Assembly: GCA_002328405.1 (NCBI GenBank)
Contig: DCXM01000006.1
Span: 711,837-775,836 of the forward strand
Direction of reading: 5' to 3'
Length of the DNA stretch: 64,000 nucleotides
Source of the DNA: Proteobacteria bacterium UBA2136
GTDB lineage: Bacteria; Pseudomonadota; Alphaproteobacteria; UBA2136
How positions within the stretch are numbered: the first letter of the stretch is position 1; the number at the start of each line of letters is the position of its first letter. The notes below the pieces were generated by a model. The model did no database searches. It saw nothing but the letters and a program-made list of their open reading frames with translations, and was not told where the DNA came from. This document shows positions 18,674 through 28,019 of the stretch, one piece after another. The position numbers and the translations under genes were made by a program.

Positions 18674-18845
18674 TTTTTTGTATGCAAAAGCTTTTTTTTA
18701 CCCTTAAATGCTCTGTAAGTTGTTGAGTTTACGTTTAAGTAATTGATTTTTAATATATAAATTAACTGCACACTTTTTGTGCAAAGTGAAGAAGTTGAAT
18801 GGGTGTGGGGGATTATTATCACACACCCCCAACTTACCCACAAAG

Positions 18846-18854
18846 TTATCCACA
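18846..18854 (+). promoter_or_regulatory. Perfect consensus DnaA box TTATCCACA
   Basis: Second exact 9-mer, 181 bp from the first. A degenerate box lies nearby (the reverse complement of CGGGGATAA at 18860-18868 has 2 mismatches). Confidence 0.5.
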
Positions 18855-18988
18855 GGTTTCGGGGATAACATGATTTATCCTATAAATCACAACCTTATCG
18901 GGGCAATTTTTGCAGGGCACTTTTAACCCCACACGGGTAAATTATGCCGTTTCACTTGCTAAGGGATTGTGATACCTTACTTTGCAAG

Positions 18989-20842
18989 ATGACAGCAGAC
19001 GGTATTCACATTTTAAAGGACATTGTAAAGCGCGCGCCCGAAACGCCCGGCGTTTACCGTATGCTGAACCAAAATGGCGACGTTTTATATGTCGGCAAGG
19101 CCAAAAACCTTAAAAACAGGTTAACCAGCTATGCCCAAGGCACAGGTCTTTCTAATCGCATTCGCCAAATGGTCTTCCAAACCGCGCAAGTGGTGTTGGT
19201 GGAAGTGGCGTCCGAATCCGAAGCGTTGCTGCTGGAAATTAGCCTTATTAAAAATTTAAAGCCGAAATATAACATCATTTTCCGGGATGATACGTCATAC
19301 CCTTACATATTATTCACAAAAGCCGATGCGCCAAGGCTGACTGCGCACCGTGGTGCTAAAAAACCTAAAGGGCAATACTTTGGACCATACCCAGACGCTA
19401 GGGCGATGTATAAAACCATGGAAATGTTGGAAAAAGCCTTTTTACTGCGCACCTGTAAGGACAGTGAGTTTGCCAACCGCAGCCGCCCCTGCTTAAAATA
19501 TGACATTAAGCGGTGTAGTGCGCCATGTGTCAACCGTATTTCAAAAGCCGACTATGACGACTTGGTCAAACAAGCGCAAAAGTTTTTAAAAGGCCAAGGC
19601 ACCCAAGTTCAAAAAGACTTACAACAAAAAATGACAACCGCCGCCCAAACGTTGGACTATGAAAAAGCGGCGATGTACCGTGACCGATTGGAAGCTATTG
19701 CTCAAACCCTTGCGGTGCAGTCCACTTACGGTGCGGCGATAGAAAATGGCGATGTTGTCGCCCTTTACCGTCAACCGCCCCATGCCTGTGTCCAAATTTT
19801 CAGTTACAAAAATGGCCAACATGTGGGGAACGCCCAGTTTTACCCGAAAGAAACGGCTGACCTGACAGACGGCGAACTTTTACGGCTGTTTATCGCCATG
19901 CACTATGCCGGCAAAGACGTGCCGAAGGAAATTGCCACTTCCCACCCCGTTGAAGATGCGGAAACCTTGGCGCAGTCCCTCAAGTCGGGGCAGGTGGTGC
20001 GCCTTTACACCCCACAAAAAGGGGAAAAACGACACTTGGTGGAGCAGGCGTTGCTCAACGCTGAACAAAGCTTAAAACGCAAACTGTCGGAAGAAAGTTC
20101 ATGGCGTCAGCAAATGCGCCAATTTGGTGAAGTTTTGGGATTTGACGGCACCTTGGAGCGGATTGAATGTTTTGACATTTCAAACATCTCGGGCAAGCAG
20201 GCCGTGGCTTCCATGGTGGTGGCTGGCGAAGGGGGCATGTTAAAGTCGGACTATCGCAAGTTTGCCATCAAAGGTAAGGATACGCCGGACGACTACGCCA
20301 TGATGGCGGAAGTGCTCACCCGCCGTTACGGCAAACTGTTAAAGGAAACCCAAAAAGCCAAAGCTGGCGCCACAGCCAGCCCCACATGGCCGGACGTGAT
20401 TATGGTGGACGGCGGAAAGGGGCACCTTTCCACCCTTGAAAAAGTGATGGATGACTTGGGCCTAAAAGGCAGTGACAGCCCCATTTTGTTGGCCATTGCC
20501 AAAGGGGAATACCGGGACAAAGGGTTGGAAACCATTTTCCGCTCGGGCCACAGCCAACCCCTTGAAATTGACTATAACTCGCCGTTAAAATTCCTATTGC
20601 AAATTATCCGGGATGAATCCCATCGTTTTGCCATTGGCTACCACCGCCAAAAACGGGCGAAGGAAACGTTTAAATCGGCGTTAGATGGCATCCCCGGTGT
20701 GGGTGCAAAACGCAAAAAAGCACTGTTGCTCACCTTTGGCAGTGTCGCTGGGGTTAAAAAGGCTTCGGTGGAGGACCTAAAACGGGTGGAAGGTGTCAAC
20801 GCTGCTTTGGCACAGCAAATTTATGATTATTTAAACGCATAA
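18989..20842 (+). CDS. uvrC: Excinuclease ABC subunit C
   Basis: GIY-YIG motif PGVYRMLNQNGDVLYVGKAKNLKNRLTSY, UVR motif LDYEKAAMYRDRLEAI, C-terminal (HhH)2 GIPGVGAKRKKALL. The start is set at ATG 18989. Confidence 0.95.
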   Translation: MTADGIHILKDIVKRAPETPGVYRMLNQNGDVLYVGKAKNLKNRLTSYAQGTGLSNRIRQMVFQTAQVVLVEVASESEALLLEISLIKNLKPKYNIIFRDDTSYPYILFTKADAPRLTAHRGAKKPKGQYFGPYPDARAMYKTMEMLEKAFLLRTCKDSEFANRSRPCLKYDIKRCSAPCVNRISKADYDDLVKQAQKFLKGQGTQVQKDLQQKMTTAAQTLDYEKAAMYRDRLEAIAQTLAVQSTYGAAIENGDVVALYRQPPHACVQIFSYKNGQHVGNAQFYPKETADLTDGELLRLFIAMHYAGKDVPKEIATSHPVEDAETLAQSLKSGQVVRLYTPQKGEKRHLVEQALLNAEQSLKRKLSEESSWRQQMRQFGEVLGFDGTLERIECFDISNISGKQAVASMVVAGEGGMLKSDYRKFAIKGKDTPDDYAMMAEVLTRRYGKLLKETQKAKAGATASPTWPDVIMVDGGKGHLSTLEKVMDDLGLKGSDSPILLAIAKGEYRDKGLETIFRSGHSQPLEIDYNSPLKFLLQIIRDESHRFAIGYHRQKRAKETFKSALDGIPGVGAKRKKALLLTFGSVAGVKKASVEDLKRVEGVNAALAQQIYDYLNA

Positions 20843-20865
20843 GTTCACTTTATAGGTATGTTAAC

Positions 20866-20894
20866 TTGACAAGATCGTATACTAAGCCTATATA
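20866..20894 (+). promoter_or_regulatory. Sigma-70-like promoter upstream of nhaA
   Basis: TTGACA, 17 nt, TATATA. Confidence 0.4.
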
Positions 20895-21025
20895 ACAATG
20901 GAAGCGAAAGCAGATTTTTACATACCTTTTATCAAACCAAGAGTATTCTTGCTTTTGTTTTAAACATTTTTATTCATCGAACTGAAATAAGTTCTCTTTC
21001 CATTCCACGCTATTGGAGGCTTTTT

Positions 21026-22351
21026 ATGAGTCATAATAATAACAGCACAACGCTGGCAAAACTGCTTAGTGCAGAAGCTGTTGGCGGTATCAACTTGATA
21101 TTGGCGACGGTGTTCGCCCTGTTTGTGGTCAACATCCCTTATATGGAAGGTTTGATTGCTGGCATGGGCGGTAAATTTGAAAGTTTTGTCACGTTTAGTG
21201 AAGGGTACAAACATTTCCTACACCATGAATTTACGGTGTTTACCATTACCAAAACGGTCCACCATTGGATCAACGATGGTTTAATGTACATTTTCTTCTT
21301 TACCATTGGTTTGGAAGTAAAACGGGAAATTTGTGACCCAAAGGGGAACTTAAACACAATCAAAGGTGCGTTGCTACCTGGCATTGCTGCCGTCAGCGGG
21401 GTTATGTTGCCTGCGGCCATTTTTGCGTTCTTCACTTATAAAGTGGTGGGCGCCATGAACGGTTGGGCCATACCCACTGCAACAGACATTGCCTTTGCTT
21501 TAGGGGTGCTGATGTTGGTGCCCAAAAGCAAAGTGCCACTTTCTGTGAAGGTGTTTTTGTTGGCCATTGCGGTGATAGACGACTTGATTGCCGTTGCTGT
21601 TATTGCGTTGTTTTATTCAGGGGATATTCAAACCATTTGGCTGTTGAAAGCGCTGGTGCCATTGGCATTTTTGCTGGCTTTCAACCGTTCCAATTCAAGC
21701 AATCCTGTGCTTTATATGGTTGCTGGTATGGGTTTATGGATCTGCGTTTTAAACAGCGGTATCCATGCAACGGTGGCAGGGGTTATCACAGCGCTTGCTG
21801 TGCCTGCAACAGCCAAGTTTGGCAACAATTGGTCTATGCTTAAAACCATGGAGCATTGGTTTTCACCGGTCAATGCATGGTTTGTTATGCCAGCTTTTGC
21901 CCTTGCCAACGCAGGGATTGTGCTGGGTCATGTAACCTTAGACCATGTTTTCCAAGCAGTGACCATGGGCACAGCTCTTGGTTTGATGTTGGGTAAACCG
22001 CTGGCCATTGTGTTGTGTGTGTTGTTGGTTACCAAGCTGTTTAACGTCAAACTGCCAGACGGTATGACCAATCGCCATCTGATTGGCATTGGTTTGTTGG
22101 CGGGCATTGGTTTTACCATGTCCATCTTTGTGACGGACTTGGCCTATCTAACCAGTGGTGCTGGCTTTGCCGATCAAGCAAAGTTAGGTGTTTTGGCAGC
22201 GTCCTTTACCCAAGCGTTTATTGGTTGGCTGTGGTTTGTGTTTGTTTGCCCAAAGGCACAAACATCAGACCCTAAAGTTCAACCAAAGTCGCAAAGTACA
22301 CGCCATAAACATGAAGCAGAAGGTTCTGGCTCACACATTGTCGGTCCTTAA
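21026..22351 (+). CDS. nhaA: Na+/H+ antiporter NhaA
   Basis: PTATDIAFALGVL and AVIDDLIAV (the DD pair) motifs. Polytopic, 441 aa. Confidence 0.92.
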   Translation: MSHNNNSTTLAKLLSAEAVGGINLILATVFALFVVNIPYMEGLIAGMGGKFESFVTFSEGYKHFLHHEFTVFTITKTVHHWINDGLMYIFFFTIGLEVKREICDPKGNLNTIKGALLPGIAAVSGVMLPAAIFAFFTYKVVGAMNGWAIPTATDIAFALGVLMLVPKSKVPLSVKVFLLAIAVIDDLIAVAVIALFYSGDIQTIWLLKALVPLAFLLAFNRSNSSNPVLYMVAGMGLWICVLNSGIHATVAGVITALAVPATAKFGNNWSMLKTMEHWFSPVNAWFVMPAFALANAGIVLGHVTLDHVFQAVTMGTALGLMLGKPLAIVLCVLLVTKLFNVKLPDGMTNRHLIGIGLLAGIGFTMSIFVTDLAYLTSGAGFADQAKLGVLAASFTQAFIGWLWFVFVCPKAQTSDPKVQPKSQSTRHKHEAEGSGSHIVGP

Positions 22352-22365
22352 TCTCTCGAACAAAA

Positions 22366-22392
22366 GCACCCCACAAGGGGTGCTTTTTTTTT
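22366..22392 (+). terminator. Rho-independent terminator of nhaA
   Basis: GCACCCC-ACAA-GGGGTGC followed by T9. Confidence 0.85.
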
Positions 22393-23228
22393 GTGCGTAA
22401 ATCATTAAAAAAATCATGGGTTTTGGGTTGCCTACTTGCCATGCCAGCAACGCTGGCTTTTAAATTGCGAGGGCATCAAGTCAGGTAGGTTTATTTTGGT
22501 GTGGGGCGTCAATCGGTCATTGTGATAACGCCGTTTGATTGATGGATATCAAAACACATTGTGCGGATGACTCTAACACAAGGCTTATGCCTGCCTAGTG
22601 CTTTTTTCATGGCTTGCTATGTCACAGTCAGGAAAATGCGAGGAATTTTGTTGGCAGGTGATTTGCTCAAGCTTTTGTTGCTCCGCCATAGCTGAACGCT
22701 CAAGGTGTTTCGCCCAAAGAAATCTATGAAATAATCACGGGTGGTCTCATCCAGTCAGTCATTGGTTTTGCGCCATTCAACCCTCTAGTGTCCACTTTAT
22801 GGCAAACTTCAACGCAATCCTTGGCAGTTTCAGGTGTTGACCGTCTTGAATTGACACCGCCATTCAGGCTCCGGCTCATTATTGGATTTTGCATGGGTTT
22901 TTGAAGTGGTGGCTTTTTGAAAACTGCGGTGGTTGAACCACGGCTTTGATATTGGCAAGAGAATTTGCGTCGACACTTTGGGGCAAGGGATATTATGCTG
23001 GGTTTAGACAGCTTTGTTTGTGGTGCATCTTTTTTAAGTGAGCTGATTCCGCTTTGATGCGTCAGATGCGAAAAGGCACTCTATTTTTACAACCTTAGGT
23101 TGGTAAAATGGACTGTTTTTGCTTGTTTTAGGCAAAATTCAGGTTTGTGATGCGTCAATATGCGTCGCTAATTCCTATATTATGCGCTTTTAATTCGTCA
23201 TTTACCAATAAATTGGTGTGTAGCTAGG

Positions 23229-23921
23229 CTAGCCTTCAAAGCGTTTAACAAGTGAACATTGAACGTTGTAACCGTCCACGCCTTCTTGCTTATTACGGCG
23301 GTAAGAATGGAACAAATCCTTGTCCTGATAGGTGCACAATCCGCTGTCAACAATGTGGTTTTTGGGGACACCCATTTCCCTTGCTTGGTCAATGGCAATG
23401 CCTACTAAGTCCATTAAAACAAAGCCTTTTTTGCCTGCAGGTTTAAAGTGTTTTTCGTCAAACAATGCTTTATATTTGTCTTCTTCCACTTCGTATTTGT
23501 TTTGGCTAATGCAAGGGCCAATGTGAATAAAAACGTCCACCGCGGTGATGTTATATTCATCCATCAAAGTTTTAATGGTTTGCGGTAAAATTTCCGCCTC
23601 TAGGCCACGCCAACCGCAGTGAGCAACGGCTACAGCGTGCGGCGTGCTGATTAAAACAGGCACACAATCGGCGGTTTTGACCGCAAGCCAAAGATCGGGG
23701 TTGTCGGTGTAAATGGCGTCCGCTTCTTCAATGCAGCCGGCTTCATTTGTGTAAACAATGCGTGAGCCATGCACTTGACGCATGTGAGCAATAGGTCCCA
23801 AAACCTCTGTGTAAGAGCGGATCATATCATCGGTATCCACACTTGTTTTTTCGCCTTCTGAAATGGTTCCAAAGGCGTGTTCGGCATGTTGCAATTGTTG
23901 GTCTAGTTCTAATAATCTCAT
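23229..23921 (-). CDS. pgeF: Peptidoglycan editing factor PgeF (YfiH / DUF152 laccase-domain family)
   Basis: Motifs QVHGSRIVY, EADAIYTD, KTADCVPVLI, AVAHCGWRGL. Confidence 0.85.
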   Translation of the reverse strand: MRLLELDQQLQHAEHAFGTISEGEKTSVDTDDMIRSYTEVLGPIAHMRQVHGSRIVYTNEAGCIEEADAIYTDNPDLWLAVKTADCVPVLISTPHAVAVAHCGWRGLEAEILPQTIKTLMDEYNITAVDVFIHIGPCISQNKYEVEEDKYKALFDEKHFKPAGKKGFVLMDLVGIAIDQAREMGVPKNHIVDSGLCTYQDKDLFHSYRRNKQEGVDGYNVQCSLVKRFEG

Positions 23922-23986
23922 GGCTTTTAAGTTATTTATTTTTTAGTTTATTTGCAAGGTATTATCTGGGCTTTGTCACGCTTTTA

Positions 23987-25054
23987 TTAAGCAGCGTGGC
24001 TTTTGGGTTGGCTTTCAAAGTAAAGGCCTGCCACGTCATAACTGTTGTCGGTTCGGTAGGCAATGGCTTTAAAAGTTTGCCCCATTTGTTCGGGGTGCAT
24101 CAACCGGTAAGTCGCTTGCTCAATTTCTGCCTTTTGTGAAGGCTCGGCACGCTCTAATAAGGCGGCGGCACGCATGGGTAAGCCAATGCTGTTTAAAAAT
24201 TGCCCCATAGGCTCTGCAAAGCTTGTGCGGTCTGCACCAAGGACACGGCGGACATTGTCAAAGTTGACATGTGCGGTGAGGTCGGACAATCCAGGTTTGT
24301 GGAAAATGTCCACTTTTTGGTGTTTTTCGATGGCTTGTAAGCTGTCGCCTGTGGCGTGGTCGCCGTAATCAATAAACAAGGCGACACCGTTTGTCAGCTT
24401 ATCCTTGAGTTTGCAAAGGAAGCTTTCCATCGCGTCGGATGTTTCAACAATTTCGCTGTTAAATGGCAAATTTGTTGTGTTTTCGCTGTTGTGCCACTGA
24501 AGTTGACCGTCCTTGTAGGTGATCAGTTTCTCGCGGTATTGTTGGTCCGCCACTTTGGTGAATTGACGTACAGGAAAGGCATCCAACAGTTCATTACCAA
24601 CAACAATGGTCGGTAAGTCAAAATTGACATCATCTAGGCTGTTGGCCCAGCAAATGTGATGATCTAGCAAGTTGTCACGCTGTTTGATTTTGAGCATTGG
24701 GCTAATTTCAAGCAAGGTGATGGCCGCACCTTCATAACATTCTGGCAGGGCATATTTTAGGGTGCGGAGCATATCTTTCATCAAAGTGCCGTTGCCAGGA
24801 CCAGCTTCAAGCAGTTGCCAGCTTTGTGGGCGGCCCAGTTTGATCCATGTATCGGCAACCCAAGCGCCAAGCATTTCGCCAAAAATTTGACTAATTTCGG
24901 GTGCGGTGACAAAGTCGCCCTCGGTCCCAAATGGTGTTTGGCTCATGTAGTAGCCGTGTTCATTGTGGTAAAGGCATGTTTCCATGTATTCTGCCACATT
25001 CATTGGGCCTGATTCTTGTATCTTTTGAACAAGAATGTCTTTAACAGCAGTCAT
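23987..25054 (-). CDS. Class I SAM-dependent methyltransferase, NDUFAF7 / MidA (DUF185) family
   Basis: YYMSQTPFGTEGDFVTAPEISQIFGEMLGAW signature. Sits between lgt and pgeF, as is common in Alphaproteobacteria. Confidence 0.8.
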   Translation of the reverse strand: MTAVKDILVQKIQESGPMNVAEYMETCLYHNEHGYYMSQTPFGTEGDFVTAPEISQIFGEMLGAWVADTWIKLGRPQSWQLLEAGPGNGTLMKDMLRTLKYALPECYEGAAITLLEISPMLKIKQRDNLLDHHICWANSLDDVNFDLPTIVVGNELLDAFPVRQFTKVADQQYREKLITYKDGQLQWHNSENTTNLPFNSEIVETSDAMESFLCKLKDKLTNGVALFIDYGDHATGDSLQAIEKHQKVDIFHKPGLSDLTAHVNFDNVRRVLGADRTSFAEPMGQFLNSIGLPMRAAALLERAEPSQKAEIEQATYRLMHPEQMGQTFKAIAYRTDNSYDVAGLYFESQPKSHAA

Positions 25055-25840
25055 TTAAGTGCTCCGTTTGTTAAAAAGGAATATGAGTATACAACCGATA
25101 ACGATCATTGGCAAGCTTAGGATTTGCCCCATGGAAATATAGGTATAAAACCCGTCTTGAAGTTGAGGGTCTGGCACCCGCACAAATTCAACTAAGAAGC
25201 GGAAAAGGCCATAAAAAATCAAAAACAAACCGCTGGTTAAACCAATGCTCGGTTTATATTTGAGCGTAAAGTGAAGAATGAAAAACAGTAAGAAACCTTC
25301 CAGCGCGGCTTCATAAAGTTGGGAAGGGTGACGTGGCAAGCTGCCGGCATGGGGGAAAATAACACCCCATGGATGTTGGGTAACATGGCCGTAAAGTTCG
25401 CCGTTGATAAAATTTGCAATCCGCCCTAAAAATAGGCCAATGCAAAAGGCTGGCGCCATACGGTCTGTTAAGTTTAGTGGGTGTATGTTGTATTTTTTGC
25501 CATAAAGTAAAATGGCGGTAATGACGCCGAGTAAACCACCGTGGAAGGACATGCCGCCTTGCCAAATTTTAACAATGTCCACAGGGTTGTGAAGGTAAAA
25601 GTCAAAATTATAAAACAAAACGTAACCCAGTCGACCACCAAGGATAACCCCAAAAATAACCCATGTGAAAATGCGATCAGCGTCTTCTTTGCGGATGTTG
25701 GTATGCGCTGGTGCTTTGTTAAAGGCACGTTCAATATACTTGAGGCCTAGCATAAATGAAGCCACATATGCCAAACCATACCAGTGGACATCAAAGCCAA
25801 AAATGCTGAAGGCCACTGGGTTTATTGTTGGGAAGTCCAT
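25055..25840 (-). CDS. lgt: Prolipoprotein diacylglyceryl transferase
   Basis: GGRLGYVLFYN and QGGMSFHGGLLG motifs. Polytopic, 261 aa. Confidence 0.93.
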   Translation of the reverse strand: MDFPTINPVAFSIFGFDVHWYGLAYVASFMLGLKYIERAFNKAPAHTNIRKEDADRIFTWVIFGVILGGRLGYVLFYNFDFYLHNPVDIVKIWQGGMSFHGGLLGVITAILLYGKKYNIHPLNLTDRMAPAFCIGLFLGRIANFINGELYGHVTQHPWGVIFPHAGSLPRHPSQLYEAALEGFLLFFILHFTLKYKPSIGLTSGLFLIFYGLFRFLVEFVRVPDPQLQDGFYTYISMGQILSLPMIVIGCILIFLFNKRST

Positions 25841-25860
25841 AACGGTTTATGATCTAACTC

Positions 25861-26853
25861 TTACAGGTATTGGTCGGCTTTAAGCAGGTGTTCTTGAACA
25901 TAGTCCGTCACCCCATCTTCAAGGGATGTTGGGGTGTAGTCACGCCCTTCAATACTTTTGTAAACATGGTTAAAGTTGTTCATGTTCGCTTCTGTAAAGT
26001 ATTGGTACTGGTCTTTTAAGCTGTCCGGCATTTCAATATACTCAATGTTTTCGGGCACATCCATCGCCTTGAATGTAGCTGCCACAAGGTCCTTAAAGCT
26101 GCGGGCTTCGCCTGTGCCTTGGTTGAAGATACCTGAAACTGTTGGGTTTTGAATAAACCAAACAATGTTTTGTGCAATGTCCTTGACGGAGACGAAGTCA
26201 CGCAGTTGTTTGCCGTCTTCATAGTCTGGGTGGTAGCTTTTAAACAGCTTCATTTTGCCTGTTTCTTGAATTTGTTTAAAGGCATGGGCCACTACACTTT
26301 TTTGACCACCTTTGTGATATTCGTTAGGGCCGTAAACATTGAAGAACTTTAAACCGACCCATTGGCTTGGTTTGTTTGTCTTTTGCATAATCGCTTTGTC
26401 GATCATGTGTTTGCTAAAGCCATAAGCGTTGAGAGGTGCCAGTTTTTGCAGGTGCTTCATGTCAGTGCTGTCGTTAAAGCCGTGCTCGCCTTGGCCGTAG
26501 GTGGCTGCAGATGAGGCGTAGATAAACGGCGTGTCAGTTTCAGCGCACCAGTCAAAAAGGTCTAAGGTGTAGCCGATGTTTTGTTCGACAATGCGGTTAA
26601 CATTGCGCTCTGTCGTGGTGCTGATGGCGCCCATGTGGATAACGGCTTTAATCTCATCTTTGTGGTCTTCTAAGTAGTCCAGCGTATCTTCTGGGAAAAT
26701 AATGTCAGCCAAGGTGCGTTTGTTTAGGTTTTTCCAGCGGTCATCTTCTTCCAACCAGTCAATCACTGTAATTCGCTGTTGGGGAAATGCCTTTTCCAAT
26801 TCCGCAATAATAACAGAACCAATAAAACCTGCGCCACCTGTAACAATATACAT
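25861..26853 (-). CDS. hldD: ADP-L-glycero-D-manno-heptose 6-epimerase
   Basis: MYIVTGGAGFIGS Rossmann start, FIYASSAATYG, LNAYGFSK, FFNVYGPNEYHKG, GIFNQGTGEARSF, all colinear with E. coli HldD as recalled. Confidence 0.88.
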   Translation of the reverse strand: MYIVTGGAGFIGSVIIAELEKAFPQQRITVIDWLEEDDRWKNLNKRTLADIIFPEDTLDYLEDHKDEIKAVIHMGAISTTTERNVNRIVEQNIGYTLDLFDWCAETDTPFIYASSAATYGQGEHGFNDSTDMKHLQKLAPLNAYGFSKHMIDKAIMQKTNKPSQWVGLKFFNVYGPNEYHKGGQKSVVAHAFKQIQETGKMKLFKSYHPDYEDGKQLRDFVSVKDIAQNIVWFIQNPTVSGIFNQGTGEARSFKDLVAATFKAMDVPENIEYIEMPDSLKDQYQYFTEANMNNFNHVYKSIEGRDYTPTSLEDGVTDYVQEHLLKADQYL

Positions 26854-26981
26854 CTTATTTCCTTTTGAATGATTTAATTTGTGTGAGAAATATACTGCGC
26901 TGGGGCGAGATTGTCAAAGTTAAGATATCTGTTGAGATGTGATACTATGATAAAATGATTGGATAGAGAAGGAGTGTTTTG

Positions 26982-27779
26982 ATGGCTGTTAAAGTTTTGG
27001 TAATTGGTTTGGGGAATATGGCACATGCCCTGATTTCTCGGATGTTGGATCAAGGTACGCTGAATCGAGAAGATGTTTACGCCGTGGCCCACGGTGAAAA
27101 GAGCCGTCAAAAAATTGCTGATTTAAATATTCAAACATATAGCGCAGATGATGACATGGCGTTTGATGTGGTGATGCTGGGGGTTAAGCCGCAGGCGCTT
27201 AAAAGCATTGCACCAGAACATCGAGAAGTAGTTTCAAAGTCGCATTTGCTTATTAGCATGTTGGCAGGGGTGGAATGTAAAACTTTACAAAATACCTTTG
27301 GTTGTCAAGCCGTGGTGCGGATTATGCCCAATATGCCATGTGCTATTGGCCAAGGTGTTGTGGGATATTATATGCCAAAGCAGTCGTTAGCCATTCAATT
27401 GGAAGCGTTGTTTGAACCATGTGGTGCCGTGGTGGCTGTTGAAAAAGAAGAACATCTTCATTTGGTGACTGCCTTGGCAGGGTCTGGCACGGCTTTTTAT
27501 TATTACATTATAAGGTCATTTGTAGACCAAGCAGTGGCGATGGGGTTGGACCGCAAAAGTGCGACAAAGATGGCTGCGATGACCTGTCAAGGTGCAGGTG
27601 CGCATGTGTTGCAGGAGGGGGAGGCTAAACATTTGTCAGACATGATTGCAAGCGTCGCCAGTAAAGGTGGAACAACTCAGGCGGGTTTGGACTGTTTGGC
27701 AGAAAATAAGGTGGATGAACGATTATCTATGGTTGTAAATGCTGTTTACAAAAGGTCTCTGCAACTTTCTGGCGATTAA
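26982..27779 (+). CDS. proC: Pyrroline-5-carboxylate reductase
   Basis: VLVIGLGNMAHAL dinucleotide fold and VASKGGTTQAGL motif. GAAGGAG RBS before ATG 26982. Confidence 0.88.
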   Translation: MAVKVLVIGLGNMAHALISRMLDQGTLNREDVYAVAHGEKSRQKIADLNIQTYSADDDMAFDVVMLGVKPQALKSIAPEHREVVSKSHLLISMLAGVECKTLQNTFGCQAVVRIMPNMPCAIGQGVVGYYMPKQSLAIQLEALFEPCGAVVAVEKEEHLHLVTALAGSGTAFYYYIIRSFVDQAVAMGLDRKSATKMAAMTCQGAGAHVLQEGEAKHLSDMIASVASKGGTTQAGLDCLAENKVDERLSMVVNAVYKRSLQLSGD

Positions 27780-28019
27780 AAATTTATCAATTTTAAATAT
27801 CTATTGAACTGATTTATGGACACTTTTGGTTGTAAATAAGTCTATATATTACAATTATCTTTACAATATCATTGTTATGATATAGCATAATCTTGTTTTT
27901 GGATTTGTGAAAAATATTACATCTTTAGACAACTTAAAGTTGTTTTTGTGAGATTTTATAACAGACATGCCCTGGTCAGGTGTGTTTGAACCGAAAAAAA
28001 TAAGAGAGGATAAAATTCA

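Noticed and set aside
18592-18843. 83-aa minus-strand ORF in the uvrC upstream spacer
   Set aside because: It spans the AT-rich tract and a DnaA box, has odd composition, and has no RBS. It is likely a chance ORF in AT-rich DNA.
22393-23228. Degraded tyrosine-recombinase (integrase) gene in the ORF-free gap
   Set aside because: Fragments such as RVIRTMCFDIHQSNGV and RRYHNDRLTPHTK faintly resemble the HxLRHT and RYxH boxes. Their spacing is wrong, they lie in different frames, and no tRNA or attachment repeat is adjacent.
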